In this document: positions 51,540-64,000 of the stretch, one piece after another
How the letters are laid out: every line of letters starts with the position of its first letter
Position numbering within the stretch: the first letter of the stretch is position 1
Origin: the human T2T-CHM13v2.0 reference genome, Homo sapiens
Assembly: GCF_009914755.1 (NCBI RefSeq)
Contig: NC_060926.1
DNA length: 64,000 nucleotides
Direction: 5' to 3' (one strand)
Program-made: the position numbers and the translations under genes
The notes under the pieces: model-generated
What the model saw: only the letters and a program-made list of their open reading frames with translations
Database searches by the model: none
What the model was told of the DNA's origin: nothing

Positions 51540-51710
51540 TCAATGATTTGCAGCCCTGGCTGTATGTTAGAATCTCTTATGGTGACATTTAAACACTATC
51601 TGTGCTTGGAGCCCGAGGACCTAGATTTAATCGGAAAGAGACCCAGACTTCCACATTTTATAAAAGCTTTCCGGGTAATACTGATGTGCAGATGAAGGTG
51701 AAAACCCTGC
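51540..51710. mobile_element. MER5-like hAT-Charlie element
   Basis: CCCTGGCTGTATGTTAGAATC; TTTTATAAAAGCTTTCCGGGTAATACTGATGTGCAG. Confidence 0.65.
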
Positions 51711-54700
51711 TCAGCCTCATGAACACCCCCTACTCTGGAAAGCTAGACGTTCAGGTGCTAACATTTAAAAGGCTAATCAGGGAGCTGGTAATTTACCAAG
51801 TTTTGGGGAAGCTGCCGTGGAGCATCCATATTTTTCTTGGAGTCCTATATTTGTAGTAAATACCACATCCTCAAGATGTCCCATTTTCTAGTGGAATGAC
51901 ACCCTCCCACATCCTTTAATTTAATTTTTATTGTAATTTGTGTTTTCAAGATCCTTTGATCCCTCTGTTTTGCTTCCTTATCACATGACCAAACAGTGAC
52001 ATATACCATTGAAGAGCTTATTTCTGAGTAAGGAAGACCATAAGATTTGCCCAGTTTTTGGCAAAATACCAGTGGCAAAGGTACTCTTTAAGAAATCATT
52101 TTATGGAAAACTTAAAGTTTGATTCCCTAAGGGTTGCTAGTGAGGATAGTCCTCTGTCCTTTTGATAAATAAACTGCTTAGATTTATTGATGCCATATGA
52201 AGTATTTTTTTCTCTCAATTCACAGAGCTTGAGAAGTGGCATCCCTCAACTCTGCCCAAGGTTTTCAGAGGAACAAAATCTCACAAGGTGGTTCTTTATG
52301 CTTATGGGCTGTTGATAATGACATACTTCTCTTTTCCTTTTTGGCCAGAAGAACTGTTAATTGCCTCATTTTTAGATTGTTATTTGGATCTATTAATACG
52401 CTGATCAGCAAAGACATTTTCAAAACAGAATTCATAAAGCAAGGTGTGTGCCCTTCTTTTAGAAGGAAGTACTACAGCTTTTCTGGATCAAATGTCCTTG
52501 TCATCGGAATAAAAGAACATCTTTTCTGTTCACTTGAACAAATTGAATTGAATTAGATCTACCCCCTCTTGATCTTGGCATTTTTCAAAGTCATGAATAA
52601 AGCACTTTGCTGGGGCAGAATGAGATTTCTGCTTTCCAAACATGACTTGTGAAGGGCTAGAAGACAACATGCCAGGATTAACATCATATTTAAGAAGTCT
52701 ACTTATTATTGTTCGCATTTCCTGTGTCATGGATTTAGCAGTTGGGTGAAAGGAAGTAAAACTGAATTTATAGAATTTAAGAAAACATTCTTAGTGGTAG
52801 TTTAGCATAGTCAAAACTCAAAACTTCTTAAAATATATTTTATTTGCTGAACATCAGTATATTTTAAACAGAAATATAGGTATTAAAATACAAACTTCAT
52901 GTAAAAACCGAGTACAATAACTAGTATTACTATTTGAATTTATAAAATTACCTTACTTCAAGTATAAGAAATTTAACCAAATTATTGGGTTTCATTCTGA
53001 TTACAACCTTAGGGGGCAATTTGTTATTTCGTGGAGGTACATAATACTTAGGAGGTTTGTTTTAGTTATAAATATAGTACAGGGTTATTACTGGAAGTAA
53101 TAACCATATACGATGGAACAAAGTTATCTTGCTATGAGTCTTGAAATGAGTTTGAAAGACAAATTTTTCTTCTGTAATGGTTCCAAATGTTATTTGTGCA
53201 ATGAAAAGCCTTGTCTTTACAAGTAGAGTTATAAAGAAGGAGGAATTATTTTGCTTACTCATAAGAATATGCTAAATATCATCAAATTCAAATTTGATTA
53301 AATTTGAATCAAATGGCTAAAGCATTGTTAATGAAAAGATGAAATGAGAGAAAAAGTATCTGAAAGAAGTCAGTAACCCAAAATCACAGAGCAAGCTTAT
53401 GGAAGTAGCACACGTTTCTCTCATTCATCTCTAATTCCCAGTTCACAGTTTTAGGGTCTCCCTCTCTCTAAGGCTGCCAGGAGCAACTCTCTGTCTTTTG
53501 CAGTGTTTCTTCAAGTAAATTACTGTCGCCTGTTTAAGAGTTCCCACATAGTTAAGAATGCTTAACTGGAATCAAGCTTGCATAATTCATGATTACAGAG
53601 TGATAAAAACCAAGCTTTTGTTTGGGGGATGATTGTATAATTCAATAAAAAGTTCACATTGTCTTATTAGTGTCTTATCATAAACAGAGGTTTCTTTCCC
53701 CCCATTCTGTATAACTTCCCTCTCTCTGCATTCTTTTTTTCGGTGGGAAGGGTACTTAGGAATTAGGGGTTGTTGAGTGTGATTGATCTATGGAGTCTTT
53801 GGACAAATCCAAGTGGTCCAAGATTAGAGAATATTTAAGAACACCTACGCCAGAATGTAGTAAGTTAATCTACCCATAAAAAGTACTAATGCAATTACTC
53901 CTCATTATGAAAATGCAGAATTTTATGATGGTTAAATACTAGTTTTCCAGAAGGTTTTAGTTTTACTTCTACTTACATAATTGCATGCCAGAAATTTGAC
54001 ATGAAGGTGCAAATCTGTATTACAGCTTTCCCATTTTGTGATAGTTGGAGCAATATAGTTAGTTAAACCCCCCACTTTGCTCTGCAGCCTGATTCCACCA
54101 TGTTGATATATAAGATTTCACTTTTCATATAGGAAAGGGCATCATTGAATTTCTTGGAATAAAACAGTGGCAGAAAAGAAAAGTCAGACATTGCATACTT
54201 GTTGTAAAACAAACAATTTAATGTGTTTAATGAATTTGCACAAAGGAAGTAGTATTCAGATATTTTTAGGGTAAAAACATTTTTTCTATTTCATATATAA
54301 AAGGAAACACCCAATATTTTATCTGAAAAACTACTTTGAATTATAAAATATTGCTATGAAAAGAAACTAACCTATATTTAGTGTATACTTAACCTCAGAC
54401 TATTTTAAACTCAAAAGTAGATCCATTAAATCAGTAAATAACAATTATGTGTTATTGTCTCAGGATTATGTGTAAATGTATGCTTATACCCCTTATTTTA
54501 TTCTTTAATAAGTAAAACAGACATTTTGCACTATTTCATGCTAAACATACCCAGTAAATAATTTTCTGAAATGAATAGAAGATACATAATGGTAAATGCA
54601 AATTTAGTGTCTTCCTGCCTGAAGTATGGTGACCTCCCGTTTACTCAGCTCCAATTCCCTGGTTTTATTGTATTCATATTTTTTAAATATAGGGCTATAT

Positions 54701-55774
54701 TGAAAGGAAAAATAGAAGATATCTATTAAAAGTGAATATATTTACACATTCTATATATTTGGGTTTTAAATTGTGTATGAAATAAAATAAATGTCTTTTT
54801 AAATTATAAAATCATATAAAATATATAAAATCATATAATACATTAAAAACTCAATCTGGTAGCTCTGTGAATTTTTAGGCTGCCAGTAGAAAAAGTGGGA
54901 TGAAAGCAACTGAAGATTTGCTGCTTCCAGATCCAGAATTGTAACCTTGGACAGAACACCAAGGGAATCAGCTTAAATTACTCTGACAGAACAGGACAAA
55001 AGAAAAAAGCCTTTTGGTTTTTGTGGATAACATTTTGCATATGCCGTTTTGTTAGGAAATGAGATATTCTACATAAATATCCTAGATGACTAAGCCTAAA
55101 ATAAATATCTAACCATAGTCTATTAAAAATAACTTTAAGAAATAGTATATTTGTTCCCCTATCTTTTTTCAATAGTGAAAATATTCTAACCTGATTACCT
55201 TTGATTTGAGAGCTCAGTGGTGTTAACTTGATGATCTCTGAGGACTTCCAGTACTGTCGCCAGTAAGCCATACCACCTGGTCTTGGCATATTCCAAAATT
55301 ACATTAATTCTCCTCATAGTATGATTTCCCCTTTAATCAATATCAGATTTCTTTGAAACAATGTGATGAGGAGTAAACTTTTTAAAACTCTAAAATCATG
55401 ATACTTATACAAATATAAAATGAACCCTTGTTAATTATTTTACAGTCTATTAATTAATGAGGGAACCAGTAAGACATTTCAACCTGCTGGAAAAAGAACA
55501 AGAATAGACATACACAGAGATGTTCAGGAATGCTGAAATAAATTTATGCATATTTGTAAAATTAGTTAATATCCGCAGGGCAATAGTCAGTTGTTTTCCA
55601 CCTTACAAGAATACTTGCATTATGATTAGTTTTCATTAATTTACAAAGTTGTAAAATGGTTTAAAGATAAACAATGGTTGAGTGAACCCAAAGGAGTGGA
55701 CTGGCCAGGACTCACTAATCTTTTCACCCATTTCAAAGTCTTTCACAATTTTTTTTGACAGATGAAATAAAAAC

Positions 55775-55990
55775 ATTTATTACTAACTATTCCTTGCACT
55801 GTTCTGAGAACTTTACATATACTCATTTTGTGTTTCCAAAACTATTGTATTAATAATAATAATCACTAGTACTAATAAGAGGAAGCACTGTTGCGATCCC
55901 CCCTTTCCTGATGTGTTCTCACAGGTAGCAGGTGGTGGGATTGGACCCTGGGTCATTTGGCTGCATCTCTGGTCTTTATGCTATACTGTA
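55775..55990 (-). mobile_element. MIR fragment
   Basis: CACTGTTCTGAGAACTTTACATATACTCATTT; GGGATTGGACCCTGGGTC. Confidence 0.5.
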
Positions 55991-56548
55991 ACTACTATTG
56001 TACTTTAACTTTTCACAGGCACATTTGATTGTAGCTGATTATAAAGATAGCTAACAAAATCCTTTATTTTGCTATTTGCAACACACAAAATGAAATGATT
56101 TCCACATTACCATGGAAAATCACCTGTATAAAACTCTTAAGCCAATAGTCTTAGTTACAAACAATTCACTCTGCTGGCTTTGGAACCATGCTTCATTGGG
56201 CAGCTCCAAGCATTCTTCTGAATTAGCAGGCATGAATTTGTGTTAACTGCAGTTTTTAATCACCATTTCATCACTGCCTTCAAGTAGGAGGAAATCTAAC
56301 TTTTGGATAGATGGTACCGATACTAAATGTGGATTTCACAAAATGTTACTACATTGAAGTAAGTACTGTAGGTTACTATAAAGTTTGTTTCATGGAGTTC
56401 AAATTTGATGGTATATATTAAAATTTTAGATATATTTTTAATGGAGAATAACAATAATTGAGATGAAATAATGTACAAATCTTTACATAAATTCAGTATT
56501 TCCAGATCATCTTTATGAAAATAATATTACATAAAATTATCTCTAAAC

Positions 56549-57759
56549 CAATGGTTTTCAAAGTGTAGTCTTTGAAACTCTGTAAGGAGATGCGTAAAGC
56601 CAAACTATTGTTTTCATAATAACAGTAAAATATTATTTGCCTTTTTCATTGGGTTTACATTTGTAATTGGTGCAAAATCAGTGGTGGGTAAAACTCTGGA
56701 AACTTAGTAAAAGCGATGTAGTACTAGTAAGATAGGAGAAAAATGCAGTTTCATTTAAGAATGTCCTTAATGAAGTAAAATAAGTATAAATTTTATTAAC
56801 TCTTGACTCTTAATTATACATCTTTTTAATGATCTCTGTGACAAAATGAAGAGTAGGCATGAAGCATTGCTGCCGCATACCGAAATTATGATGAAACACC
56901 ATTTTTACTTAAACAATGACTAACAGACAAATTATTCATATTCAGAGTTGAGTATTCAGCAAATATTTTCTCTGAAATGAAAAAGAAGGAGCTATCTTTT
57001 TAAGAAAAACAATTGAGTACATTTTGCTAGTGGTGTAATTCAGGCTTTCATATCAATTAGAATTTTGCACTTTCTTGATGAGTCTTACTGATATTATCAA
57101 ATGTGCTTCTAAAAATAATATTTTATAATGGATGTGCCAAAATTTAGAAGTTCTGCTTAGCTCAGTGGGCCAATATTTTCCAAGTAACTAATGTTTGATT
57201 TTACAAAATTCATGGGTAAAATTTCCATTTGTATGCAATATAGACTAGTGGATATTCATGTGGATATTAGTGTGTGGAATATGAACATTTATTTATATGG
57301 ATTTAGATTCTACATTAGCGCCAATCTTTAAAAACCTAGTAGTTGTTGAGTGTTGGTAGAATTGTGAAGAAAAATCACAAATATTTTTAAAGGCTATGGA
57401 AAGCACTCTTTTCTTTCCAGTAACATATCCCAATTAATTGAGTGCAGAATCAGATATGGGAATCCAGCTGTCCTGTATTAAGCCAGAAATTAAAGAGATT
57501 TGCAAAAATGTAAGATGATGCCACTCTTCTCACTGAATTTTTGTCTTAGAAAATATAGGAATTTTTAAAGTAAAATTATTATCCTTATATGATATAAATT
57601 TATTACTAGTATTTTTAGATACATTAATAACTTTTTAAATTTTTAATATCTATTATAGAAATATTAGTACATCTAATCCACATAAAAAAGACCCTGGGTT
57701 ACTCAATAATTTTGGGTACTATAAGGAGATCTAGAAACCAAATACTTTGAAACACACTG
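56549..57759 (+). mobile_element. Charlie1 (Charlie1a-like) hAT DNA transposon remnant
   Basis: TIR-like CAATGGTTTTCAAAGT ... ACTTTGAAACACACTG; internal CAGTTTCATTTAAGAATGTCCTT and AATCCAGCTGTC..TATTAAGCCAGA. Confidence 0.85.
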
Positions 57760-58346
57760 CCCTTTACTTTGAGTGATTATTTATTGTTTTTCTCTTCATT
57801 AATTAAATAAAAGAGATGATGTTCTTCACTCATGGAACTTCTGTTTTAAGGGAAGAGACTCAGGGAGAGGGGTAGGCTTAGTAGGGTTAGGGGAAATGAA
57901 GTCTGTTTGGGGATACATTAAGTTTAAGATGCTTATTAAATATCTGATGAGAGGCATGATTTGATATATAGGTTTGAAATTTAAAGCACTATTATTTTTA
58001 CTTCCGATTTGGTTTTTATTGTAAACAAAAGAACTAAATTCTTAAATTAGGCATTTGTGCTTAAAGTTCTTAATGCTTAAAGTAAATGTTTAAACATGAG
58101 TTGCAATTCCTCTTTTCCATTATAATACCCGTATTTTTGGTAATCATAGCATATCATACTTCTATTTAGAATGAATATTTAGTGTTTTAAATGCATAATG
58201 ATAAAATTTATCATTTTTTAACTTTTCCCTTCATCATAACATACTCCTGCCAAATTTATAGATACATATATTTAAATTTCTTTTATGGAAATTAAATTAC
58301 ATATAATTATACATATATGTACACACACACACATATACACATCTAA

Positions 58347-58421
58347 TTTCAGTAGTGTTGGAAAAACAGACAAATGTGGGAAAAACACACATATTTGTCT
58401 GTTTTTCTCATACTACTGAAA
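58347..58421. repeat. Inverted repeat: 32-bp arms (28/32 complementary), 11-nt loop
   Basis: TTTCAGTAGTGTTGGAAAAACAGACAAATGTG (58347-58378) vs CATATTTGTCTGTTTTTCTCATACTACTGAAA (58390-58421). Confidence 0.9.
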
Positions 58422-58462
58422 CTGCTTTCTTAAAGGTCATCAATGTTATCTTAATCCCCTAA

Positions 58463-58822
<360 letters not shown>

Positions 58823-59149
58823 TAGAAACCCTCTTTCTTGTTCTCTGTTAACACTGGATTATTTTCTTCAGCCTCCTATAAATATATCTTAAATATAGGT
58901 GTTACTCAAATTCTTGCTTTTGACCTTCCATTAGTAAATTCCTTTATAAATTTTTACTTGTGGGTTGCACTTCCCTACTGTCTCCATTACCAACTTTACT
59001 TCCCTGTACAGCTGTCTTATATAAATTCGCATTAACCATTGCACGCCAAACACTTCTCCCAATCCACCTCCCAAGTGTTCTACAGTTGTTACCATCAGTT
59101 AACAATTCAGTGACTAACAAACGTCATCTCATATTTTAACATTTGAACA

Positions 59150-59960
59150 AATAGTGGTCCACAATCATATCATTGCTCTAATAATGTAATGAAGTAGGCA
59201 TACCACTATAATTGTCCAGTTTTAGTGAAGAAATAGAATGAAAGGGAGCAAACAACTTTCATAAGACAGAAATTTTAGTAAATGCCAAGGATAGGAATTA
59301 CTTCAGTTTTCCTGATTAGGTATCTGTGGGCTTTTAAAATTCATTCTGCTGCCAAATTCTGACAATCTTATTTCCATATGACTTACAACCACAGCAACAC
59401 AAAGGCATTCTGATACAGTTGTGGTGAATGAAGTGTGTGATAACATTAACAATATTTACGTTGCTTACAAAGCATGATCGTTAAAATTGGGTAACTAACC
59501 AATTTTGAAGCAATTATAAAAGAGAATTTCAAAATATGTTTTGTGCAAGGGGAGCATCCTTGCAATAAATTCTCCCCTAAAGTGATCATGTGCAAGCATA
59601 GCAATGCACTTGGAATGGTAGGTTCTCTTAATGCTCATGACCAAACAGCTCCCCATAAGCATGTAGATTTAGAACATAGACACATGAGAAAGTTATTTAA
59701 ACTAAAACTTGATTCAGGGGAAATTAGGGAAGTATTTATATACTTACACTTAAGCAGGGCTTTAATATTTTTGATACGTAACCTCTTCAGTTTCACACAA
59801 TCACATCAATAAGTAGTCACCCTGTTATCAAGGAGAAAAGGGTGACTTACAAAGGTTAAAGGATGAGTTTAACTTCATGCAACTGGTTGCAGGAGAACCA
59901 GGCTGGACTCAGAGTTTCCCGATTAGTAGTAGTTCTGAAAGTGATAACTACTGTACTGTC
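59150..59960 (-). mobile_element. Two decayed MIR fragments (about 59150-59350 and 59760-59960)
   Basis: GTCCAGTTTTAGTGAAGAAATAGA; TAGTAAATGCCAAGGATAGGAATT; AAGGAGAAAAGGGTGACTTACAAAGGTTAA. Confidence 0.45.
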
Positions 59961-60810
59961 TAATGTCATGTAGAGAAATTTCAGCAAGACATTGAATTAG
60001 CCAGGATGAGACCTTCATCACAGTACAATAATCAAACACACTTACCTTTTAAGCTGTGGTTTTCATGTACGCGTTTTAGAAATCAGGGCTAGTAGTAGTA
60101 TTTCCAACATATCCCTACACAGTAGTAACTCCTGACCTAAGGGCTTTTAATTTTCAAAGAGTATTCCCCTATTGGTAAATCCCCACCAATGTTATTTGTG
60201 AATAGTTACAAAAGGCTCAAATACATTGGAAAGAGAGCAGGAACTCCTTTTTATTCATGTGATGATTCTTGTCCTGATTTATGGCCATTGGAACTGATTT
60301 CTAGTGTTCTTAGCACAGCAGGTCAAGAATCACATGCACTTCTCATTTTTAGAATTAAGAGTATCTTTCCATTTTGGATGTGTACCAAGTCCTTCACGTA
60401 GAAGTATATCATGCAGAATCCCCCTGCTATACCTTGCCAAACTGATTTTTAAGTCACGAATATAGTGCAGCATTTACATTAACAACTTTACAATAACAAC
60501 ATTTCTTGTGCAAAAATTTATGTTGGGCTAGGAAAAAAATAGTATTTGTTTTGGCCTTTTTGTTGTTGAAGACATGCTGCTGTGTAACCACTTAAGTATT
60601 TCCTGTATTAGTTTTCTTATCTACCTACTGCTTACAGTTCTAAGACTCAAGCTATAACATCCCCAAATGTTTGCTAATGTTCTAATAGGACTTCATTAGA
60701 AACTTGCACAAATAAATGCCCTTTTAATTATTTAAAAACCTCTAGAAAATGAAATTATATACTTTCATAATAGCACTATATCGTAGTCTACTGTCTTCTC
60801 ACTCAGGGGA

Positions 60811-60870
60811 AATATATACGTGTGTGTGTATATGTGTATGTATGTGTGTGTGTTTACATATGTATATACT
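60811..60870. repeat. Interrupted (TG)n/(TA)n microsatellite
   Basis: Seen directly. Confidence 0.8.
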
Positions 60871-63064
60871 TATAATGAAAAACTATAATGTGGAGTAATT
60901 TAAAATATAAATCAAGAATATGAAGAGTGTAACTTTATTATGGCCTCACAAATAATGGTGAGAAAATTTAGGTGCTTTGGATGAGATGGAAGTGTGTTAG
61001 TCCTACTTTTAATCAATATTTATATTGTAGATGAAAGTTGAACACATTAAGTTCTACTTCAAAGGAAGTGAATTAGGTCTCATAGAAAATTGTACATGGA
61101 GTTAAAATTCAGCTTGTTGAGATTCTGCTTTGTTTATGCAATGTAGTGCTAGTTCGTGATAATGTACATAAGTTGCATGACAGTTCATCCATTTTTGTGG
61201 ATTTCATGATAGTTCAGTCTACCTTTTATTTCATGAAATTTTGTCATATCTGTACATATAGTTATGGGGCCAGAAGAATATTATATTTTAATTCAAAAAT
61301 TTAGGAATTCTGTGAATATAATGTATACAAGTTTAAAGAAATTAGACATAGAAAATACTAACTAGTGCTGATCTGTATTTTATCTTCTCTGAAAGTGCTA
61401 GATTAGGACCAAGGGTAAGTCTTTTATTAACCCTGGCATCTTGTAAAAGCATTTTTCTTCCCATTTAGCTTCTGCTTATATTTTAGCCATTTTCCCAGTT
61501 ACTCCCAATAAATGGAGGTGCATTGGATGAAATCACTTGAATACTGTCAAACTCACTGTATTCCTATATTATATTGGTAATTACAAATAATTATGGCTAA
61601 CAATACCATGAGTAAAATGTTTCAGGATATTGAAATTAATGAATAATTAAATTTTATTAAACTCATTCTAATTATTGTTTTATTAAGTATTTTCATTTTT
61701 CACTATGTTATCAAGTACTTTTTTATTATGGTGTTTTGTTTTTCAAATAATATAAACTCCTAGTTAAGTCTAAAATGTGTTATGGTTGAGATTACCAAAG
61801 AGAAGAGCACATAAGGATTATGTACTAGCCATGCTGGTGGGAAGTCTAATCTCAGTCAAAACTGTGTATATTATTTTAGGGAAGAACACTCTATTTATTT
61901 GTCTTGCTCTCTCTGTGCACAAACTAGACACAGTTATTAACCCCTAATGCCATGGGCAGTCTTGAAAGCTATATGTTTGGGTTGCTGGATAATCTATGTC
62001 AGCAAAAATACAAAATATATCAGACATTATTAGAAATCGAACTATATTCCTTAGTGCCTGAGGATGGGTACCAATAGTTTCTACTCTCTCTAAGGGAAGT
62101 TAATCCATCTTGCTAATCTACAATATCTGAAACCAAACCACTATATCAGGAAGCATGATGGCAGTAGTCATTAAGGGGAATGTCTCAAGTGAGCTTTAAT
62201 TGTTCCTTCTGACAATTATCAAACTCTTTTCCAAATGATTTTCTCTACCCTCTTCCTATTCAATAAGTTACAAACAGCTAACAATCACGTTTACAAAATT
62301 TCCATTAATTCACTGTGAGTGCTAAAAACTGACTCCTTGAACTTGTAATTGCTTCCACAACGAAATTTCACCTCCTGCCACCAACCTCCAATCATCATAA
62401 CTGTACAGACTATTGGCTTTCTACCAGTTTAGAGTTATTTGATTTCTTTTCCAAAATGTAATATGCTTATTTGTAAATGTTAAACAGTTCAGAGATCTGC
62501 CATGTGGATCTAGTAGTATTTTACATTTTTACTGGAGGATCAGGCAAATAGAAATAGGGAATGATAATGACCATAGAAAAACATATCACTTACTTTCCAG
62601 TCCCAGACTTGGCACACACATATGCGTGTGCACACATATACAGATACAAATACACAAACCAATAATCTTGAGGAAAAGAAATAAAGAGTCTAGGAAGCTA
62701 AGGTTGATAGGTGGCAAAGATGACAGACTTCACTACCACAGGGACAAAGCAAAACCCCATGTCAACTCTTTTAAAACTCTAAATAAATTATTTTATCTTA
62801 TAATAAGAGGAATGGAGGGAGTTTCTAGGGTTGGTTAATTCAGCAATTTAATGATTTTACCTGAAATTGCGTTATGTTTGTGTTTCTGCTCTTCCATCCT
62901 TAGTACAGAGATGCAACCCTCAGGCCTATGATTATAGCAGCCCAATTTTATATTCCCATGATAGTATGTGGAGACCAAAAAGGGGCTGTTATTCATGTTG
63001 CTTAATTAAATCCCTAAATTAAACATTAACAGGGGTAATGGGATTCTTGAGAAAATGAACAGGT

Positions 63065-63940
63065 CACATGACCCCCAAAATTTTCTCATGCCCCTTTACT
63101 ACTCCTTCCTCCTTCCTTGACCATCTACAGACATCATTGATCTGATTTCTGTCACAATAGTTTGTAGTTTCTAAAGCTTTTATAAATGTAATCACATGGT
63201 TTGTGTGCTTTTCTACTTGGCTTTTTTTCCAAATGTTTTTGGAGATTCATCCATGTTGTTATGTATAACAATAATTCATTCCTTTTTATTCCTGAGTAGT
63301 TTCCTATTGTGATGATATGCCATATTTGTTTATCTTTTCACAAGTTGACATTTGAGTTGTTTCCTAATTTTTGTTAATACAAAGAAAGCTGACATAAATG
63401 TTTGTGTACAAAGTTTTGTGTGGACATATGCTTTCATTTCTCTTAGATAAATATGCTGGAGTGGAATGAATGGATCGTATCCTCAACATTTTTATCAAAT
63501 TACCAAAGCGTTTGTATTGTTTTCTGTTTTCATCACCAGCATCTGAGAGTTTCACTTACTTCACATCTTTACCAATAGTGGCAGGATCATTTTTTTTTTT
63601 AACTTTTAGCCATTTTCCTGGGTGTTTAGTAATACACTATGGTGTTAATTTGTACTTTCCTAATGACTAGTGATGTTGATCATGTTTTATGTTTATTTAT
63701 CATCTGTATCCTATCTTTTGTGATGTGTGTTCAAATTTTTCCCCATTTTTAAAAACTGGGTTGTTTGACTTTTTATTATTGAGTTGTATGTATTCTACTT
63801 ATGGTCTTCATATAAATTCTGAGTTAAATGTATGTTTTACAGATATTTTTCCCTGTCTGTGACCATTCTGTTGTCATAAAAGTATGCGTTTTGAAAAAGA
63901 GAAATTCTCCATTTTGTTGAAGTCCAATGTATTAAAATTT
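63065..63940 (-). mobile_element. L1M (MC/ME-like) ORF2 3' end and 3'UTR, antisense
   Basis: GAGATTCATCCATGTTGT; GTGGACATATGCTTTCATTTCTCTTAGATAAATA; TTTTAGCCATT; TTCCTAATGACTAGTGATGTTGA. Confidence 0.85.
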
Positions 63941-63941
63941 T

Positions 63942-64000
63942 TAGCTTCCAGAATTATGAGAAAATAAACTTCTGCTGTTTAAGCTACTTAGTGTCTGGTA
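63942..64000 (+). mobile_element. MaLR (MLT1/MST) LTR 3' fragment, cut by the window edge
   Basis: TAGCTTCCAGAATTATGAGAAAATAAACTTCTGCTGTTTAAGC. Confidence 0.6.

Noticed and set aside
57863-57893. Potential G-quadruplex (four G-runs)
   Set aside because: One long loop, located in decayed L2-like sequence; such motifs are common and uninformative

Overview
AT-rich, CpG-depleted primate (human-like) genomic DNA, dominated by interspersed repeats: Alu (J, S, Y), L1 (PA and M lineages), L2, MIR, LTR/ERV remnants (LTR18-like, MER9, THE1, MST/MLT1, MLT2, LTR16-like with ERVL internal sequence) and DNA transposon fossils (MER75 piggyBac, Tigger3, MER2, MER33, MER5, Charlie1). I found no intact protein-coding gene, tRNA, rRNA or CRISPR array. 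The supplied ORFs are repeat-derived or consistent with chance; the only recognisable protein remnants are a decayed L1 ORF2 endonuclease and an ERVL dUTPase-like segment. Family names come from my recall of consensus sequences, not a database search, so subfamily calls and the boundaries of old elements are approximate. I cannot support a new biological system here. The best leads are templated palindromic junction insertions, a 5'-inverted L1 with two tandem 3' ends, a 75-nt pre-miRNA-sized hairpin, a candidate promoter/first-exon region near 28.7-29.3 kb, and a close inverted AluY pair.
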